DNA from: Patescibacteria group bacterium | GTDB taxonomy: Bacteria > Patescibacteriota > Minisyncoccia > Phycocordibacterales > SBAW01 | Assembly: GCA_016176685.1 (NCBI GenBank) | Contig: JACOWS010000001.1 | Coordinates: 78,113 to 142,112, forward strand | Reading direction: 5' to 3' | Length of the DNA stretch: 64,000 nt | In this document: positions 47,843 through 57,237 of the stretch, piece after piece | How the letters are laid out: every line of letters begins with the position of its first letter | Numbering within the stretch: the first letter of the stretch is position 1 | Translations under genes and position numbers: made by a program | Notes under the pieces: model-generated | Told to the model about the DNA's origin: nothing | Seen by the model: only the letters and a program-made list of their open reading frames with translations | The model's database searches: none

Positions 47843-48738
47843 TGTGGCAATGGCAACAGCGCGCTCCAGGCAGCCCCCGGCTCGCTCTTGTCAAAAAGTA
47901 TAGCGTTTTTGGCCAGTTGCTGTGCGATGTTTGTCAACACGCGCTCCGTTTCTTGCACCAAAGACTGGTAGAGCTGTATCCCGGAGAGCCCGCGCAAAGG
48001 GTCCCCTATCACCGCCGCCATGTCGGGGTAAGTTTCCGCCATGCGCGCGAAGTTGTTTACCACCTGCAAGTGCAGCGGCGCCAGCGTTTGCGGTACCAAA
48101 AGCGCCGCAAGCTCATCGGCTATCGCCTGATACTCGGCCCCAATGGCGGCAAGCGGCGCAAGCGGAGCCGGATCGTTACTGTCGGTGGCGCGCCCCACGG
48201 CAATCAAGGTGTCCACATAGCTCGCCTTGGGACGGTTTTGTACCACCGCGATAACCGCATTGCCGTAGGCGTGCAGTGTATCTGGCGTTGTGGATATTGG
48301 GTTTAGGTCGGCGGCCGTGTACACGCCGGCACCCCTGTTTTGGCTTACCTGCGAGAGAGCGTCGGCAATGAGCGCGTCTTGGGTGGGTATGTCGTCGCCA
48401 AGTCCCTGCGCCTTAGCGTCTGACAATTTTATAAAAAGACTGCGGCCTATGGTGTTGGTTAGGTTCTCGCTCTGCGCCGCCCCAAGGAGGTTTAAGACGC
48501 TGTCTTTGTTGGGGCTTTGCGGCAAGCCGGCACTGCTTTGTGCCTGTATGTCGTGCAAGGTTGTAAGCCAATTGTCTCCCGCCTGGTTGGTGGTAGATAC
48601 GGCGACCCCTCCCGGCGCCTTTCCCGCATCTCTACCGGTTAGGTAGTCTGCCGCAAACACCAACCCTGCCGAAAGCGCCACTGCGCCCACCATGAATGCA
48701 AACTGCGCACTGGGCAGGTACTCCCGTATACTCATCAT
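47839..48738 (-). CDS. Membrane-anchored helical protein, first gene of the locus
   Basis: N-terminal TM; VP..LAPLHL; 4-nt overlap with the next gene. Confidence 0.75.
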   Translation of the reverse strand: MMSIREYLPSAQFAFMVGAVALSAGLVFAADYLTGRDAGKAPGGVAVSTTNQAGDNWLTTLHDIQAQSSAGLPQSPNKDSVLNLLGAAQSENLTNTIGRSLFIKLSDAKAQGLGDDIPTQDALIADALSQVSQNRGAGVYTAADLNPISTTPDTLHAYGNAVIAVVQNRPKASYVDTLIAVGRATDSNDPAPLAPLAAIGAEYQAIADELAALLVPQTLAPLHLQVVNNFARMAETYPDMAAVIGDPLRGLSGIQLYQSLVQETERVLTNIAQQLAKNAILFDKSEPGAAWSALLPLPQ

Positions 48739-48778
48739 CGTTTAGTATACAAGAGATTCTGTACGGTATACTGTCTTT

Positions 48779-49129
48779 ATGGTTTCTTTTAAGAAAATGT
48801 TTGTGCTCGCCGCACTTATTGGTGTAATGAGTGCTCCGCTTGTTGCATCGGCATTCGGTACTTCTTTCGGTGGGCGGATACTATCTGTTATTCCCTGCTC
48901 CGGCGGGATGCGTCACGTAACTATTATTCCGGCGGGTGTCTTCCCCATATCCTACATATGGACCCCGTTTACCATTACCTACTCGGTCGGAGCGCCACGG
49001 CGTCCGGGCCAGCAGATACTCGGAGTGGCGGACATCCCGTTTGTCTGTTTTGTAGGCGGTGGCGGATTCTTCTCCTCCCCAGTACCGCTCCACGGTTTGC
49101 GGATGCAGATAGTCGGCACCAGCCCCTAA
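48779..49129 (+). CDS. Small secreted protein
   Basis: Signal peptide (ASA), FGGRI..VIPC, two Cys, ends VGTSP. Confidence 0.7.
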   Translation: MVSFKKMFVLAALIGVMSAPLVASAFGTSFGGRILSVIPCSGGMRHVTIIPAGVFPISYIWTPFTITYSVGAPRRPGQQILGVADIPFVCFVGGGGFFSSPVPLHGLRMQIVGTSP

Positions 49130-49929
49130 TCGCCGCCCGCCAGGTCTATGGCGCTTAAACGTACCCACTGCTCTAAATGCACATCCTCCGCCCGCGCTTT
49201 TTCCGATATTCCAATATTCTGCAGAATATGAGAATAGTTTTTGCCGAGCATGGGCTCGAGGTTGCGGGCAAGCAGTTTGCGTTTTTTTGCAAAACCCGCG
49301 CGCACCAGCGCAAAAAATCTCTCCTCTTGTTTTGCAGTAGCAAAATGTGCGCGTGAAATGTTTTTTATAACCAATACCGCGGAGTCTACAGCGGGCGGCG
49401 GGGCAAACGCGCCGCGCGGCACGGTGCAGACATAGGTTGGGTCGCCATACGCTTTTACGGAAAGAGAGAGTATTGACTCTTTTTTACTGCAAGCAATACG
49501 CTCGGCGACCTCTTTTTGCAGCAGCAGTACCATCTGCATGGGCTGGCGCGCTCCGGTCAGCAGTTTTTTTAACAGCGCGCCGGTGATGTAGTACGGGATG
49601 TTTGCCGCCACTTTGTATCCCAAAGGACCGTCCTTAGACACATCAAACTTTGCTATAGCAAAGCGGAGAATGTCACCTTCTACTATGTGTAACTTTTCCT
49701 CGCCTATTTCTTTTGAAAATTTTTCTTTCAAAACAGGGATAAGCCGGCGGTCTTTCTCTACCGCAACCACGGTTGCCCCACGCGCAAGTAGTTCGCGCGT
49801 TAATGCCCCTTCGCCCGGCCCAACCTCGAGCACCAAGTCGCCTGCCGCAAGCTCGGCCGCGTCGGCAATTTTTGCAAGGTAATGCTTCGAGTGTAAAAAG
49901 TGCTGTCCAAGCGATTTTTTCTTTTCCAT
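49126..49929 (-). CDS. rsmA: 16S rRNA dimethyltransferase
   Basis: KKSLGQHFL, EVGPGEG.LT, ANIPYYIT, QKEVAER, P.VDSA. Confidence 0.96.
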   Translation of the reverse strand: MEKKKSLGQHFLHSKHYLAKIADAAELAAGDLVLEVGPGEGALTRELLARGATVVAVEKDRRLIPVLKEKFSKEIGEEKLHIVEGDILRFAIAKFDVSKDGPLGYKVAANIPYYITGALLKKLLTGARQPMQMVLLLQKEVAERIACSKKESILSLSVKAYGDPTYVCTVPRGAFAPPPAVDSAVLVIKNISRAHFATAKQEERFFALVRAGFAKKRKLLARNLEPMLGKNYSHILQNIGISEKARAEDVHLEQWVRLSAIDLAGGD

Positions 49930-49956
49930 AGGGTACTGGTAGTTAATGTAGACGAA

Positions 49957-51906
49957 CTAATCGAGATAGATTGTCTTGCCCAGGCGCTCTGGTGCCTCCA
50001 GTTCAAGCAGGTGCTCGGGGATGTCGGAAAGAAACTGCGAGGGCAGAGTGGCCTGCTTAGAGCCAAAAATAGTGCGGTAGGCGGCATAGGTCAAGTACAC
50101 TTCGAGCTTGGCGCGCGTAAGCGCCACATACATAAGCCGCCGCTCCTCCTCTTTGTCGGCACCCTCGTCAGCTTCCCTTGCATAGGGGAAGAGTCCTTCC
50201 TCAAGCCCGGTGATAAACACCACGGGGAACTCAAGACCCTTGGCTGCATGCACGGTCATAAGCCGCACGGCATTTTTTTCTTCTTTTAGCTCGTCTTGGT
50301 CGCTCGCAAGCGCCGCATACTCCAACAATGATTCAACCCCCTCTAAGTTAGTGAGTACTCGCCCCGAGCCCGTCGAGGGGTCGTAGCGCGCCGCAAGCGA
50401 GGCTAGCTCGCGCACATTTTCCAACCGCTCGACGCCCTCCAATTTGTCGTCTTTGAGCATGCATTCGATGCCGCTCTCCACAACCACGTATTGCACCAGT
50501 TTAGACGGCGGCAATTTTTTGGCGGCGTCTTTTATGCGCGCAAGCAGTGCACGAAATGCCGCAACCTTATCGCGCATAGCGCCGCCGAGCTCCCCTTCTC
50601 TCCCCGTAAGTATTTTTAAGAGTGTGACCTTCCCTATCCCGCGCGCAGGGACATTGGCCACCCGCGCAATGTCGGGCCGGGTGTCGTAGAGCGCGGCGCG
50701 GACAAGTGCAAGCACATCTTTAACTTCCTTGCGCTCAAAAAAGCGCGTCCCCACCACTTGGTAGGGTACCTCGGCCGCAAGAAATGCTTCTTCCAGCGCA
50801 CGCGACTGGAAGTTAGCGCGGTACAGTATGGCGCAGTCTCTTGGTTGGCGACCGAGCGCCACATGCTCCAAAACTTTCCGCACGACAAATGCGGCTTCGT
50901 CCACCTCGTCAAACGCCTGGTAGAGCGACAGCTCCTTGCCATCCTGGTTTTTGGTAAACAAGTTTTTTTCTTGGCGGAATACATTTTTAGCTATCACGTC
51001 ATTTGCCGCGGCAAGAATATTTTTGGTCGAGCGATAATTTTCTTCGAGCAGGACAATGCGCGCACCCGGATAGGTCTTTTCGAACTCGAGCATGTTTGCT
51101 ATCTTGGCGCCGCGCCAGCTGTAAATGGTCTGGTCGATGTCGCCCACCGCGCATATATTTTTTTGCGGGCCCACCAACAACCCTGCCAATTGCGCCTGCA
51201 CGTGGTTGGTGTCCTGGTACTCATCTATATGCACATAGCGCCAGCGCGCAAGGTAGCGTTCTCGCGCGGCAGTATCTGTACGCAAAAAATGCATGGCGCG
51301 CAGAAGCAGGTCGTCGAAGTCCAGCGCGCCTTCGGCGCGCAGCGACTTTTCATAAGTAAGCCATGCGAGCGAAATCGCGCGGTCGCGTCCGTTCGGTGCA
51401 TCCTCGGCGCACGCGTCGGCAGTTACCCCATCTCCTTTGTGGCGAGACATAAACGAAAGTGCCGCACGCGCATCGATGTCTTCCACGCCAACGCTCTTGA
51501 GCGCCGCCTTCATCGCGCGCAACGAGTCGGCTCGGTCGTATATTGCCGGCGCGCGGGCAAACCCAAGCGCCTTGGCATTTTCTTTTATAATAGCGAGCCC
51601 CAGTGAGTGGAAGGTGGACACAAACGGCGTGTTAAGGCGACGCCCTGAAGAGCCCTTGCCTCCCGCGTCGCCTTGGGTCTGCAACAAATGCATCACACGC
51701 TCCCGCATCTCCCGCGCCGCCTTGTTGGTAAAGGTAACCGCCAAAACCTCCTCGGGGGCGGTTCCGCCCCGCACTATCTCCAGTATCCGGTGGGTAATAA
51801 CCTTGGTTTTTCCCGCTCCGGCTCCTGCAAGTATAAGAAGCGGTCCTTCTGTGTGGAGCACTGCCACTCTTTGAACATCATTGAGATTTCCTAAATGTTC
51901 CGACAC
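49957..51906 (-). CDS. pcrA: PcrA/UvrD ATP-dependent DNA helicase
   Basis: AGAGAGKT, TFTNKAA, DEYQDTN, HAAKGLEF, EERRLMYVALTRA; GTG 51906 chosen as start. Confidence 0.95.
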   Translation of the reverse strand: MSEHLGNLNDVQRVAVLHTEGPLLILAGAGAGKTKVITHRILEIVRGGTAPEEVLAVTFTNKAAREMRERVMHLLQTQGDAGGKGSSGRRLNTPFVSTFHSLGLAIIKENAKALGFARAPAIYDRADSLRAMKAALKSVGVEDIDARAALSFMSRHKGDGVTADACAEDAPNGRDRAISLAWLTYEKSLRAEGALDFDDLLLRAMHFLRTDTAARERYLARWRYVHIDEYQDTNHVQAQLAGLLVGPQKNICAVGDIDQTIYSWRGAKIANMLEFEKTYPGARIVLLEENYRSTKNILAAANDVIAKNVFRQEKNLFTKNQDGKELSLYQAFDEVDEAAFVVRKVLEHVALGRQPRDCAILYRANFQSRALEEAFLAAEVPYQVVGTRFFERKEVKDVLALVRAALYDTRPDIARVANVPARGIGKVTLLKILTGREGELGGAMRDKVAAFRALLARIKDAAKKLPPSKLVQYVVVESGIECMLKDDKLEGVERLENVRELASLAARYDPSTGSGRVLTNLEGVESLLEYAALASDQDELKEEKNAVRLMTVHAAKGLEFPVVFITGLEEGLFPYAREADEGADKEEERRLMYVALTRAKLEVYLTYAAYRTIFGSKQATLPSQFLSDIPEHLLELEAPERLGKTIYLD

Positions 51907-51954
51907 CCACCTATAGTATGGCAAATCGCTGTCCACACCAGGTTCACAACGTAG

Positions 51955-52070
51955 TTGACGGCAAGTGCTATGGCAGTATAGTGGATAAGTACAGGGTCAG
52001 GCCGTTGTGAAAATGGCTCTGTTAAGCCACCGATTGGAAAAAACGACCATGGCTTGCTCGATTTAGGCTT
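51955..52070 (+). promoter_or_regulatory. Promoter plus structured 5' leader of the LysM/M23 gene
   Basis: TTGACG-16nt-TATAGT; stems acag..ggccgtt/aatggct..ctgt and aagcca/tggctt (alternative taagcc/ggctta). Confidence 0.5.
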
Positions 52071-52232
52071 ATAAACTCCCCTAAAACAGACCCTTCTCCT
52101 GCGGTTGAGCCGTATTCTGCAGAGAAGGCTAAAAAGCCGTTATTTCACAAGCTCTTCATAGAGGTTGCTCCTGTTCTTTTATCTATTACGCCTCTTTTTA
52201 TACCCGCAGGCATCCTCTCCTTCTTTCACGGA

Positions 52233-53192
52233 TTGTTTGCGCCACCCGCACAAGCGGCGGCTACCCAAGCATTAGCACTCAACTCCCAAACACTTCCCCT
52301 ACTTGCACCGGCGATAAACCTCGACCCAAACCCAGCAAAAGGAGGCGGCGGCATCACCGTGGTTGACGGCACGGCGCTTTTGCCGGCAGAAGGTCCGTCA
52401 GGCACCGCAGCCGACATAGAAGAGTGGCCGACCTCCTCGCAGGTGTCGGTGTATACCGTGCGGCCAGGCGACACCCTGTCGCAGATTGCAGAGATGTACA
52501 ACGTTTCCATCAACACCATCATTTGGTCAAACGACATTGCGGGTGGGGTGATCCGCCCCGGCGACAGTTTGGTAATACTCCCTATCACGGGAATCAAACA
52601 CACGGTGACCAAGGGTGAAACACTTTCCTCAGTAGCTAAAAAGTTTAATAGCGATGCTACCGAAATCGCCCAGTACAACGGTCTTGAGGCGGGTGCGCCG
52701 CTTGCGGTGGGGGCCTCTATAATCATCCCCCATGGTGAGATAGCTGCAGCCCCCGCTCCCGCCAAGAGTACTAAAACAAAAGTTCCTTCCGCACCGCTGC
52801 ATGACGCGGGCGGGCCCGACCTCGGCGGCTACTGGGTCTTGCCTATTGCAAGCGGCATTGTCACCCAAGGGCTCCACGGCTACAATGGCGTTGACATCGG
52901 CGCGCCAAAAGGAACCGATATTTATGCTGCGGCTGGCGGCATTGTGCTGGTTGCACGCTCTAGCGGATGGAACGGCGGCTACGGCATCTACCTGGTTATC
53001 CAGCACGACAACGGCACGCAAACACTCTACTCGCACGCAAGCAAGATACTGGTCTCCGCGGGAGACCGTGTCGCGCAAGGACAAACTATAGCGCTGGTCG
53101 GCGCAACCGGCCTTGCAACCGGCAACCACCTCCACTTCGAAGTCCGTGGCGCCAAAAACCCGCTCGGCAACTTACCAGTCGGCACGCGGTAG
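52233..53192 (+). CDS. M23 metallopeptidase with two LysM domains (true start probably upstream)
   Basis: YTVRPGDTLSQIA, HTVTKGETLS, HGYNGVD, YSH, HLHFE; frame is open from 52026. Confidence 0.93.
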   Translation: MFAPPAQAAATQALALNSQTLPLLAPAINLDPNPAKGGGGITVVDGTALLPAEGPSGTAADIEEWPTSSQVSVYTVRPGDTLSQIAEMYNVSINTIIWSNDIAGGVIRPGDSLVILPITGIKHTVTKGETLSSVAKKFNSDATEIAQYNGLEAGAPLAVGASIIIPHGEIAAAPAPAKSTKTKVPSAPLHDAGGPDLGGYWVLPIASGIVTQGLHGYNGVDIGAPKGTDIYAAAGGIVLVARSSGWNGGYGIYLVIQHDNGTQTLYSHASKILVSAGDRVAQGQTIALVGATGLATGNHLHFEVRGAKNPLGNLPVGTR

Positions 53193-53205
53193 TAACCCTC
53201 TCTAG

Positions 53206-53240
53206 AAAAAACCGCCGGCCCCAAAAGGCCGGCGGTTTTT
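53206..53240. terminator. Bidirectional terminator
   Basis: aaaaaccgccggcc-ccaaaa-ggccggcggttttt. Confidence 0.85.
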
Positions 53241-53269
53241 ATAAGACTATCTTCAGGATAGGAGTCCTG

Positions 53270-53509
53270 CTATTTCTTAACTTTCCCCAACACATAGATT
53301 GTGCGGAGGACGTTAGAAGGGTCGGATTGAACATGCAGAATCGTGTATTTTCCAGTCTTCAATAGGGTATTAACTTTATTAGGACCGTTTCTGTCAGTCT
53401 CGGTAACTATTTCGTAAATCACACGGCTCTTGTGCCAGGCCACAACAGAAACAACAATGGCCGCAAAGCTCAGGATTAAAGGTGTGTACTGTAGAATGCT
53501 TCCACCCAT
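53270..53509 (-). CDS. Small single-TM hypothetical protein
   Basis: N-terminal TM; AT-richer islet. Confidence 0.55.
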   Translation of the reverse strand: MGGSILQYTPLILSFAAIVVSVVAWHKSRVIYEIVTETDRNGPNKVNTLLKTGKYTILHVQSDPSNVLRTIYVLGKVKK

Positions 53510-53581
53510 TGTGATTATGCGATTTATCAGTTCGTATTCCAAAATATAGACTTATTATAGCCTTTTCTATAAGGTTATTCT

Positions 53582-55039
53582 ATGGAAGACGACGAGATGA
53601 AAAAACGATATAGGCAACATGTTGATTCGATAATCAAAAGAGCCCAACTGGTAGCATTTGAAAACTATACACAAATGTTCCCTTGGTTTATCCGAGCTTT
53701 AAGATTGTCTAGAATCCCTTTCTTAAAGAGAAATCATTTTTGGGTCGGAGTGCTCCAGTTAGGCATGTTGAGGAACCTTCCTCGGTTTCAAGGCTGGCTT
53801 AGAGAAACACGAGTAAAGTTAGAGGGCGATGTACTCGGTGCTAAAGAGAGGGAGCATTTAGAACACGTCGCTCTCATTCAACAAGAGTGGATAAGGATAT
53901 ACCAGACCATCATTGACGGAGTTGTGTGGCGTGTTTTAAATTTTAATCGGCCAGTACTTCGTTTGTTGTCGGAGAATGAGGGTCCAGGACATATCCACCC
54001 TCCCTACGCTGATATTTTAAGAAAGTTTATTGACAGCTCTGACACAGTCCTAATCAATGACCTGTCCAGGTATCTTCGCATTGGTGATTTAACAAGGGTC
54101 ACCAAAGAAGGAAAGATACTTTTATATGAGCTTAAGAAAAGTGGCCGTGTTGTTAGTGGTATGTCGGACATCTTCAAAGAGGCGAGAAAGCATGGCTCAG
54201 GCAGTATAAGTAAACAAAGGCATAGACACTGGACAGCTCAAATGAGCATAGCCAGTCAATCAATAAACATCCCTGTTATTTCTGGGGACATGGTTAGAGA
54301 GGATCACCGAGCCGACATAGTTGATTCTAGTATAAAAATCTTCCATCATTTCAAAGCTATAAAAGATCTTATCAAAAAAGCAGACAGAACTGGATTTGAA
54401 CAAAAAGAAGTTGAGGAAGGTTACTTCATCGAGGTTACTGCATTCGATACGATACTTGCTTCGGTCAAGGAAGATGATGTAGAAAAAAATCCGATGATGC
54501 AAAGGAAACTTCATGCTGAAGAACAAAGACCGGAGTGGCTTAAAGCTAAAGCGGCACGGACCATAGATTTATCCAGTCTTGAGTCTTTTGTGTATGAAGG
54601 AACTCAGTTTCCAAGAAATTTCACTCCCCAGTCTGTGTTGCCTTTTTCATCAAGAAACTGTGTCCGTCTAATGATGGGACATCTAGAGATAAGGGTTTAC
54701 TACAACATAGAGTTTTTAAAAAAACGACTCCAAGAGAGGGGTTGGCAAGTTAGAGAAGTAGAGCGTCTCGCGGAGCCGATGAGAGAAAGGACGCTCACTG
54801 GCGAGTTTCTACCCGAGCTACCGAGTGAAGATTTTCTCGATTTGTCTAAACGGGATGGCGACGGAGAGTATCATACAATCGTCCCCCTAACTCTTATTTT
54901 GATTGCTCTTTCCTCTTACTATGCAACAGACTTTCTTCTGAATGCTATAGAAGACGGCTTCGAAAGAAGCAGAATCGAAAGACCTTCGGGCAGACAAGTC
55001 ACGATTAACTTTACTCAGGAGCATGCAGTTTTGGTGTAA
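53582..55039 (+). CDS. Hypothetical 485-aa protein with PD-(D/E)XK-like motif
   Basis: NDLS.YLRIGDL...LYELK; composition differs from core genes. Confidence 0.6.
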   Translation: MEDDEMKKRYRQHVDSIIKRAQLVAFENYTQMFPWFIRALRLSRIPFLKRNHFWVGVLQLGMLRNLPRFQGWLRETRVKLEGDVLGAKEREHLEHVALIQQEWIRIYQTIIDGVVWRVLNFNRPVLRLLSENEGPGHIHPPYADILRKFIDSSDTVLINDLSRYLRIGDLTRVTKEGKILLYELKKSGRVVSGMSDIFKEARKHGSGSISKQRHRHWTAQMSIASQSINIPVISGDMVREDHRADIVDSSIKIFHHFKAIKDLIKKADRTGFEQKEVEEGYFIEVTAFDTILASVKEDDVEKNPMMQRKLHAEEQRPEWLKAKAARTIDLSSLESFVYEGTQFPRNFTPQSVLPFSSRNCVRLMMGHLEIRVYYNIEFLKKRLQERGWQVREVERLAEPMRERTLTGEFLPELPSEDFLDLSKRDGDGEYHTIVPLTLILIALSSYYATDFLLNAIEDGFERSRIERPSGRQVTINFTQEHAVLV

Positions 55040-55138
55040 GTGGTGCTGTATGCCCCCACGTTCACGTCTCGTGAATGTTTGGTGCCTAGTTGGTGGTATC
55101 TACCATCTCTCAAACCAAGGTTTTCGGGACGCAAAGGA

Positions 55139-55570
55139 TCAACTAATGATTCCCTTGTTCCATGACAAGACAAATTCTGGGTGGAACTTGTGGCCAGACA
55201 CCATCATCTTTGCGATTGTCTCAAATGAAAAAAATTCCACCCTCTCAACTTCTGTGGGGTCTAGGGTAAACGGACCGTTGTGATGAGTTCTGTATATCCA
55301 CAGTTCTGTCTCTCGCGTAACAGATGGCTTCCAAGCCGGATAGGTGTAGTTTTCTTCGGTTACAAACTCAATATCTATTTTGACTCCAAGCTCCTCAAAT
55401 AACTCTCTTTCTGCAGAGGCCTTCTCGGCTTCTCCAGGGTCAATACCACCACCAGCAGAAAAATCCCAGTGTGATGGAAACGAGTCATCATGAGCGGCGC
55501 GCAACTGTAGAGCCAACTCGCCCTTATCATTGAAAACCATTATTGCTGAGCTTTTCTTATGTTCTATCAT
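55139..55570 (-). CDS. NUDIX hydrolase (IPP-isomerase-like subgroup)
   Basis: LQLR, WDFSAGGGIDPGE....AERELFEELG, EV. Confidence 0.85.
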   Translation of the reverse strand: MIEHKKSSAIMVFNDKGELALQLRAAHDDSFPSHWDFSAGGGIDPGEAEKASAERELFEELGVKIDIEFVTEENYTYPAWKPSVTRETELWIYRTHHNGPFTLDPTEVERVEFFSFETIAKMMVSGHKFHPEFVLSWNKGIIS

Positions 55571-55630
55571 GAATATCACTCTACATCAGTACTTTAAGAG
55601 ATGAAACGTTATTTGTGAGGTGAAACTCAT

Positions 55631-57193
55631 TTATGCTTTGTGCCCTCGGTACTGGAGCGCCTCTAGCACGTGCGGCTCTAAAATCTCCGGAGCTCCCTCG
55701 ATGTCTGCTATGGTGCGCGCCACTTTTATCACTCGGTGGAAGGCGCGCGGAGACAGGCTCAATCGCTCGCCCGCTTTTTCTAGCGTGGAGCGCACCTCGG
55801 GTGCCAATGGCACCAGCAGGTCGAGCTCGCGAGGCGATAGGTCGCTGTTCATCTTTCCTTTGGTATTAAATCTTTTTTCCTGCGCGGCGCGCGCTTTTTG
55901 TACCTGTGCCCGTGCCTTTTTTGTCTCACTCCCCTCTTTGTTGCGGTACCCCAGCGTGCGCAACTCCACCGGCCCCATGGTAACCCACAGGTCTACACGG
56001 TCGGCTATGGGGCCGGAGATTTTGCGGCGATAGCGCTCAAGACTCATAGGGGTACAGATGCACGAGAGGTTTGGGTGCCCCCAGTTGCCGCAGGGGCACG
56101 GATTCATTGCCGCCACCAGGCAAAACCGAGCGGGGAATATTGCCGAGCCGCGCGCGCGAGCAACCGATATTACCCTGTCCTCCAGCGGCTGGCGCAGCGC
56201 CTCGATGACCCTCCGGTCAAACTCGGGGAACTCGTCCAGAAACAAAACTCCTCGGTGCGCCAGCGTGGCCTCGCCCGGGCGCGGGGTGGCGCCGCCGCCA
56301 ACTATAGAAACGTAGGAGGAGGTGTGATGCGGCGCGCGCATAGGCGGCATGGTCAAAAGTTTGCCGCGCAGAGTGCCGGCAACCGAGTGTATACTGTTGA
56401 CCTCGAGCATTTCCTCAAAAGTGAGCGGCGGCAAGACAGAGGCAAGCGCGCGCGCAAGCATGGTTTTGCCGGTACCGGGCGGCCCCTGGAGTCCCAGGTT
56501 GTGCCCGCCGGCCGCGGCTATCACCGCCGCGCGCTTGGCGCTTTCCTGCCCGCGGATGTCTTCAAACGCGAATTGCGTTTCTGTTTCACCCGGCTCCAGC
56601 TTGGTTTGCGGAGTGGGGGTAAGGTTCGACCTTGGAGAGCCTTGGTGTAAGGTCGAACCTTTGGCGCTCGTTTTTTTAGTATCCAAATGCTCAACCACTT
56701 CGCGCAAGGTGGAAACACCAAACACGGTGATGCCGGGCACCAGCGCGGCCTCGTCGGCGTTTTCTTTCGGGACAAATACTTGCCGCTTACCCAACCGCTT
56801 TGCCTCTGCCACTAACGGCAAAATGCCGCGCACGCCGCACACTTCGCCCTTAAGCGAAAGCTCGCCGACAAAAAGACACCGCTCGGGGTCAAAGCGTATG
56901 TCTCCCGCCGCCAGGAGGTAGGAGAGTGCAATAGGCAGGTCAAACATCGGCCCCTCTTTTTTTAGGTCGGCGGGCGCTAGCGAAATGACTATCTTTTGGT
57001 TGCGGCTCTTAGGCGAGTCAAAGCCGGCATGTTTTATTGCCGCGGCCACCCGGTCGCGGCTTTCTTCTACCGCTTTGTCGGGGAGCCCCACCAGGGTAAA
57101 AGCGTGGAGACCGCGCGAGAGGTCTGTCTCTACTGACACCAGGTAGGGAGTCAGCGCCAGCGTTTCGGCCCCGTAGACGCGTGCATACTGCAT
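55631..57193 (-). CDS. comM: YifB/ComM Mg-chelatase-like AAA+ ATPase
   Basis: VGLPD.AV.ES, GPPGTGKTM, PHHT.S, LAHRGVLFLDE, NPCPCG. Confidence 0.95.
   Translation of the reverse strand: MQYARVYGAETLALTPYLVSVETDLSRGLHAFTLVGLPDKAVEESRDRVAAAIKHAGFDSPKSRNQKIVISLAPADLKKEGPMFDLPIALSYLLAAGDIRFDPERCLFVGELSLKGEVCGVRGILPLVAEAKRLGKRQVFVPKENADEAALVPGITVFGVSTLREVVEHLDTKKTSAKGSTLHQGSPRSNLTPTPQTKLEPGETETQFAFEDIRGQESAKRAAVIAAAGGHNLGLQGPPGTGKTMLARALASVLPPLTFEEMLEVNSIHSVAGTLRGKLLTMPPMRAPHHTSSYVSIVGGGATPRPGEATLAHRGVLFLDEFPEFDRRVIEALRQPLEDRVISVARARGSAIFPARFCLVAAMNPCPCGNWGHPNLSCICTPMSLERYRRKISGPIADRVDLWVTMGPVELRTLGYRNKEGSETKKARAQVQKARAAQEKRFNTKGKMNSDLSPRELDLLVPLAPEVRSTLEKAGERLSLSPRAFHRVIKVARTIADIEGAPEILEPHVLEALQYRGHKA
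56621..56661. repeat. aaggttcgacctt/aaggtcgaacctt doublet in frame in comM
   Basis: Encodes KGSTLHQGSPRSNL in the inter-domain linker. Confidence 0.88.
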
Positions 57194-57237
57194 CGCGCTA
57201 TAGTACGCATGAGCGCCATTTAGGCAAGTCTGGCCGG

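Noticed and set aside
50758-51606. Long alternative ORFs (also 57612-58595, 55898-56650, 58918-59610, 19466-20068, 25995-26582)
   Set aside because: Antisense shadows of well-supported genes, with no recognisable motifs.
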